From a virus, in IMG/VR virus record IMGVR_UViG_3300020182_000012: DNA of 64,000 nucleotides. One strand, 5' to 3'. Within the stretch, counting starts at the first letter, position 1. Every line of letters begins with the position of its first letter. Of this stretch, positions 59,494 to 64,000 are shown piece after piece. Below the pieces are notes generated by a model, which was given only the letters and a program-made list of their open reading frames with translations, was not told where the DNA came from and did no database searches. The position numbers and the translations under genes were made by a program.

Positions 59494-60291
59494 ATGAACA
59501 AATTTGAACAACTTATCGAATTCGTTATTAACGACGAAGAAGATAAAGCAAAAGCTCTCTTTCATGAGATCGTTGTAGAGCAATCTAAAACAATCTATGA
59601 AGACATCATGTCTGAAGAATCAGACGCAGAAAAAGATGACCATGCTGAAAAAGCTGGTGATGAAGTTAAAAAAGACATCGAGTATGATGACAAAATGGAC
59701 GAGTCCATCGAAGAGTCAGAACTTGGTGGATCACAAGTTGACGATCTTATTGACGAAATTGAAGCCGAAGAGCAAGGCGTCACTTTTGAAGATGAAGAAG
59801 AAATCGAAATGGTTGACGTCGACGTTGAAGATGATGACGACGATGAAGAACTCGAAGATCGTGTTGTTGGTCTAGAAGACAAACTAGACGAACTTATGTC
59901 TGAGTTTGAAGAACTCATGGGTCAAGTTGATGACAACACTGACGACATCGACGATGTTGAAGATGACCATGAAGAAATGGACATGGACGACGAAACAGTC
60001 GAAGTTGACATGGAAATAGAAGGTCTAGAAGAAAATGTTGACCTAACTGCTGCTCCTAAAGCTGTTACCACTGAACCAGCTGGTACTCAAACGAGTAGTA
60101 CTGTGGCTGCCAACAGTGGCGCAAAAGGTGCTGTAGCAAAACCAGTTGACACAGACACTGCTCCAGAAAAAGGTCGCTCTGCTCCAAAAGCACAAGACCA
60201 AGGTAACACAACAAGACCAGACATGAAAGCTGCGCCAAAACCGCAACTAGCACAAGCGTCTGGTGTGAACACCAAAAGCGTTATTGACTAA
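59494..60291 (+). CDS. Highly acidic prohead core-like protein
   Basis: D/E-rich; located between portal and protease; GGAGG RBS before ATG 59494; GTTAAATA box at 59454-59461. Confidence 0.7.
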   Translation: MNKFEQLIEFVINDEEDKAKALFHEIVVEQSKTIYEDIMSEESDAEKDDHAEKAGDEVKKDIEYDDKMDESIEESELGGSQVDDLIDEIEAEEQGVTFEDEEEIEMVDVDVEDDDDDEELEDRVVGLEDKLDELMSEFEELMGQVDDNTDDIDDVEDDHEEMDMDDETVEVDMEIEGLEENVDLTAAPKAVTTEPAGTQTSSTVAANSGAKGAVAKPVDTDTAPEKGRSAPKAQDQGNTTRPDMKAAPKPQLAQASGVNTKSVID

Positions 60292-60305
60292 AAGGATAAC
60301 CAAGT

Positions 60306-60932
60306 ATGGCTCTTTATCTTAGAGAAAACCTTACCTTCGAAACCGCACAAATTCAACTCGTTGAAGGGAAAGACGGTAAGGAACTCTTTATGGAAGGCAT
60401 CTGCATACAAGGTGGTGTTAAGAACGCTAATGAGCGAATATACCCTGTGAGTGAGATTTCTAACGCAGTTAAAACTCTTAATGAACAGATCAAAGAAGGC
60501 AATAGCGTCCTTGGTGAAGTTGATCACCCGGATGACCTTAAGATTAATTTAGACCGTGTATGTCACATGATTACTAGTATGTGGATGGACGGTCCAAATG
60601 GATACGGAAAACTAAAAATACTTCCAACACCAATGGGCGAGCTAGTTAAAACTATGCTTCAGTCAGGTGTGCGATTGGGAGTATCTAGTCGTGGATCGGG
60701 TAATGTAGATCCACACAACGGACACGTCAGTGACTTTGAAATTGTTACTGTCGATGTAGTCGCACAACCCAGTGCTCCAAATGCTTACCCTAAAGCTATT
60801 TACGAAGGACTTTTGAACATGAAACATGGTCATGCAGTTCTCGAAATGGCTAGGGAGTCAGGGTCAAACGACAGAGTACAGAAGTACCTAACAGACGAAG
60901 TATCTCGTCTGATTAGGGACCTAAAGATTTAG
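60306..60932 (+). CDS. gp21: Prohead protease gp21
   Basis: EGICIQ..VKNAN.R.YP; GEVDHP; TPMG; GVSSRGSG; DVVAQPSAPNAY. Confidence 0.95.
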   Translation: MALYLRENLTFETAQIQLVEGKDGKELFMEGICIQGGVKNANERIYPVSEISNAVKTLNEQIKEGNSVLGEVDHPDDLKINLDRVCHMITSMWMDGPNGYGKLKILPTPMGELVKTMLQSGVRLGVSSRGSGNVDPHNGHVSDFEIVTVDVVAQPSAPNAYPKAIYEGLLNMKHGHAVLEMARESGSNDRVQKYLTDEVSRLIRDLKI

Positions 60933-60941
60933 GAGAATCGC

Positions 60942-62033
60942 ATGTTAGATGCTATTAAACCACTACTAGATAGCGACCTGGTTAATGAGGATACTCGTAA
61001 TGCTATTGCTGAACAATGGGCAGCAAAGTTGAATGAGACCAAAGAAACAGTTCGTGCAGAACTTCGCGAGGAGTTTGCACAACGCTATGATCATGATAAA
61101 ACAGTGATGGTAGAAGCCCTAGATAAAATGGTAACAGAAGGCTTGCAAGAAGAAATTGCTCAACTTAACGAAGAGAAAAAGGCACTTGCAGAGGACCGTG
61201 TAAAAGCCGCAAACGCAATGAAAGAAAATGCTAATAAATTTAATAACTTTATGGTATCAAAACTTTCAGAAGAGCTTCGCGAACTACGCACAGACCGCAA
61301 AGTACAAGCAGAAGGTTTTGGTAAGCTAGAATCATTTGTTGTAAGTGCTTTGGCCGAAGAAATCAAGGAATTCGCAGCAGACAAGAAAGACTTAGTTGAA
61401 ACTAAAGTAAAGCTTGTTAGCGAAGCACGTGGACAACTTGATAGTCTAAAAAGTAAATTTGTAAAAGAATCTGCTAAAAAGATGTCAACAACTGTTGCTA
61501 CTCATCTTACGCAAGAATTAAGTCAACTTAAAGAGGATATCAAAATTGCTCGTGAGAACAATTTTGGTCGCCGTATATTTGAAGCATATGCTACAGAGTT
61601 TGGTGCTACTCATCTCAATGAGAATGCAGAAGTACGCAAACTATTAGCTACTATTGAAGATAAAGACATTAAGTTGGCAGAAGCCGTTAACGCTCAAAAA
61701 CAAGCCGCAAAGCTTGTTGAGAGTAAAAATCATGAAATTAAAATCATTCGTGAAGCTAATGAGCGGGAAGCTACATTAGACGAACTACTTTCGCCTCTTA
61801 ACGATGAAAAGAGAGAAGTAATGATTAATCTTCTTGAAAACGTTCAAACATCTCGTCTAAAGAACGCATTTGAGAAGTACTTGCCAGCAGTACTCAGTGA
61901 AGCTAAAGCAACTAAAAAAGCTGAAGCACTTGTTGAATCTACTGGTAACAAAACTGTTAAGGCCGAACAACAAAGATCCGAAACAAACAACGTTAATAAC
62001 GTTATCGATCTTAAGCGCCTAGCAGGGCTTTAA
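60942..62033 (+). CDS. gp22: Prohead scaffold gp22-like
   Basis: Coiled-coil; located between gp21 and gp23; IFEAY motif. Confidence 0.8.
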   Translation: MLDAIKPLLDSDLVNEDTRNAIAEQWAAKLNETKETVRAELREEFAQRYDHDKTVMVEALDKMVTEGLQEEIAQLNEEKKALAEDRVKAANAMKENANKFNNFMVSKLSEELRELRTDRKVQAEGFGKLESFVVSALAEEIKEFAADKKDLVETKVKLVSEARGQLDSLKSKFVKESAKKMSTTVATHLTQELSQLKEDIKIARENNFGRRIFEAYATEFGATHLNENAEVRKLLATIEDKDIKLAEAVNAQKQAAKLVESKNHEIKIIREANEREATLDELLSPLNDEKREVMINLLENVQTSRLKNAFEKYLPAVLSEAKATKKAEALVESTGNKTVKAEQQRSETNNVNNVIDLKRLAGL

Positions 62034-62053
62034 AAAAGAAAAAGGAGACAGAA

Positions 62054-63265
62054 ATGTCACAAGAACTACTAGAAAACAGATGGAGTGAGACCAAGGAAGC
62101 CCTCCTAGAAGGCCTTCAAGGTTCACGCCGTTCAACAATGGGTGTTATCCTAGAAAACACTCGTAAGCACTTGGCAGAGAATGCAACAGCAGGTTCAACT
62201 TCTTCCGGTAACGTAGCAACACTTAACCGTGTTATCCTACCAGTTATCAGACGTGTTATGCCAACTGTTATTGCTAACGAACTAGTCGGCGTTCAGCCAA
62301 TGACTGGCCCAGTTGGCCAAATTCACACACTACGTGTTCGTTATGCAAACGCAATGACAGACAACTCGGCAGCAGCAACAAGTACAGCCGCTGGTGACGA
62401 AGCACTAAGTCCATTCAAAATTGCACAAGCTTACTCCTCTGCGTCCACAGTGACAGCAGGCGTTGTACAAAATGCACAGAACACATACCAAGGTGCAAAC
62501 ACAGCAGTACTTGAAGGCTCCGGTGGTCGTCAGATTTCCGTACAAATCCTCAAGCAAGCTGTTGAAGCAAAAACACGTAAGCTACAAGCTCGCTGGACAT
62601 TTGAAGCAGCACAAGACGCACAAGCCATGCACGGCATTGACGTTGAAGCTGAAATCATGGCAGCACTTGCTCAAGAAATTACTGCTGAAATCGACCAAGA
62701 GATCCTACTTTCTCTACGTTCACTAGCAGCAACTGAGTTTACATACAACCAAGCCACAGTATCAGGTACAGCAACATTTGTTGGTGACGAGCATGCAGCT
62801 CTTGCAGTTCTAATCAACCGTACAGCTAACTTGATCGCTCAGCGTACACGCCGTGGCGCAGGCAACTATGCTGTTGTTTCCCCTGCTGCACTTACAGTGC
62901 TACAGAGTGCAACAACAAGTGCATTTGCTCGCACAACAGAAGGCACATTCGAAGCACCAACAAATACTAAATTCGTCGGTACATTGAATGGCACAATGCG
63001 TGTATTCTGCGACTCATATGCAGGCGACACAACTCCAGTACTAGTTGGCTACAAAGGCGCAAGTGAAACAGACGCACCAGCGTTCTATTGCCCATACGTA
63101 CCGCTAATGAGTTCGGGCGTTGTTCTTGATCCGTCCAGCTTTGAGCCAGTAGTGTCCTTTATGACACGTTATGGCTATATTGAGCTAACAAACACAGCAT
63201 CGTCCTTCGGCAACGCCGGTGACTATGTTGGTGAAATTGCTGTACAGAACCTTTCGTTCTCATAA
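62054..63265 (+). CDS. gp23: Major capsid protein gp23
   Basis: PVIRRVMP..IANELVGVQPMTGPVGQI; KTRKLQARWTFEAAQD; AEIDQEI; FYCPYVPL; FEP...FMTRYG. Confidence 0.97.
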   Translation: MSQELLENRWSETKEALLEGLQGSRRSTMGVILENTRKHLAENATAGSTSSGNVATLNRVILPVIRRVMPTVIANELVGVQPMTGPVGQIHTLRVRYANAMTDNSAAATSTAAGDEALSPFKIAQAYSSASTVTAGVVQNAQNTYQGANTAVLEGSGGRQISVQILKQAVEAKTRKLQARWTFEAAQDAQAMHGIDVEAEIMAALAQEITAEIDQEILLSLRSLAATEFTYNQATVSGTATFVGDEHAALAVLINRTANLIAQRTRRGAGNYAVVSPAALTVLQSATTSAFARTTEGTFEAPTNTKFVGTLNGTMRVFCDSYAGDTTPVLVGYKGASETDAPAFYCPYVPLMSSGVVLDPSSFEPVVSFMTRYGYIELTNTASSFGNAGDYVGEIAVQNLSFS

Positions 63266-63301
63266 GCTTTATCATTACAACCTGCACTATGCAGGGAGGA
63301 G

Positions 63302-63330
63302 AAAACAGCACCTTCGGGTGCTGTTTTTTT
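63302..63330 (+). terminator. Rho-independent terminator after gp23
   Basis: AAAACAGCACC-TTCG-GGTGCTGTTTT followed by a T run; C(UUCG)G tetraloop. Confidence 0.9.
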
Positions 63331-63361
63331 ATGTTAAGTTACTTTATAATTAAATACTACT

Positions 63362-64000
63362 ATGAATGTACACTGGCGATTTAATCACGGATCTAACTCT
63401 TTTGATCAAGTTGACGGAAATCCAATACAATATTATCAACAATTAATGGATCAAGTAAAAACTCCTACATTGATTATTGATATTAGTTTAGTTAAATTTA
63501 GAAATCTTGAACTATACTTGAATTTTGTGTTAGATTCTGCATCCAAAGAGAATAGTTTGCCAGCTTTTAAACAATTAATATTTGATGCCACACTTGATCC
63601 TGTTTATGACTATGATGAAAAAGTAAAAATTCTTAACAACTTTGTTAAAAACAAGGGCATTTTAGGATTTTTAAGTTTAAGCCATTTTACGTTAAATCAG
63701 CATAGTCATTTAACAGAAATAATGTATCCAAGTTGGTTTTTTATTTTTAAAAAACAAAAACTGCCAGAATTAAATTTAGATCAAAAAAAGTGGAAGTACA
63801 GTTGTCTTAATAGAAATCCGAGCTGGCACCGATTGATGCTCTATACAATGGTTAAAGAAAAAAATTTACTTGATCAGTTTGTTTATACATTCTATAATAA
63901 ATGTCCTTACAATGGTACAAAAGTTGATATTGCGTTTTATCATAAGAATAAAAAGTTCTTTGGCAACTACTATACTAACTGTATGAAAAGTATAAAAGAT
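63362..64000 (+). CDS. Putative glycosyltransferase-like protein, 3'-truncated (not in the ORF track)
   Basis: Manual translation MNVHWRFNHG...KWKYSCLNRNPSWHRLML...; aromatic..R.P..HR motif as in 9844-10887 and 13147-14088; ATTAAATA box 5 nt before the ATG. Confidence 0.65.
   Translation, partial: MNVHWRFNHGSNSFDQVDGNPIQYYQQLMDQVKTPTLIIDISLVKFRNLELYLNFVLDSASKENSLPAFKQLIFDATLDPVYDYDEKVKILNNFVKNKGILGFLSLSHFTLNQHSHLTEIMYPSWFFIFKKQKLPELNLDQKKWKYSCLNRNPSWHRLMLYTMVKEKNLLDQFVYTFYNKCPYNGTKVDIAFYHKNKKFFGNYYTNCMKSIKD

Noticed and set aside
59740-60030. GAY/GAR-rich quasi-repeat DNA
   Set aside because: Explained by the Asp/Glu-rich protein sequence; not a DNA repeat element
648-62726. Many short antisense or alternative-frame ORFs (e.g. 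648-1199, 35582-36124, 38387-39058, 56325-56843, 59595-59918)
   Set aside because: Nested in motif-supported genes; compositions mirror the codon bias of the real frame; no RBS or motifs
1-64000. CRISPR arrays, tRNA/rRNA genes, inteins, stop-codon recoding
   Set aside because: No repeat-spacer periodicity or tRNA cloverleaf seen by eye; core genes have normal lengths; ORFs are intact and tightly packed under the standard code

Overview
A 64-kb segment of a large T4-like (myovirus-type) dsDNA phage genome, read with the standard genetic code; the host cannot be determined from this window. From about 45.5 kb leftward, the minus strand carries a baseplate/tail module (gp53-, gp5-, gp25- and gp6-like genes, a 4501-aa wedge/fibre protein, fibre genes). 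It runs directly into a >17-kb cluster of seven paralogous radical SAM enzymes with N-terminal Twitch/SPASM-like domains, mixed with glycosyltransferase-like, cytidylyltransferase, SDR epimerase and MTA/SAH nucleosidase genes. The plus strand carries late sigma gp55, gp47/gp46 (separated by an eighth radical SAM gene), a short GIY-YIG gene, a tape-measure-like gene and the head module (portal gp20, protease gp21, scaffold gp22, major capsid gp23). The main unexplained signals are: (1) a ~500-nt ORF-free element at 51.2-51.75 kb with many G-U-containing hairpins, a probable pseudoknot and late-promoter-like boxes, a candidate large structured ncRNA or origin RNA; (2) the apparently late-expressed radical SAM/glycosylation system; (3) a probable -1 programmed frameshift joining the gp26-like gene to a gp51-like ORF; (4) leaderless late transcripts, one start codon being buried in a perfect hairpin; (5) an ATE1/Bpt-like aminoacyl-tRNA-protein transferase. 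All family calls come from motif recognition by eye, not database searches.
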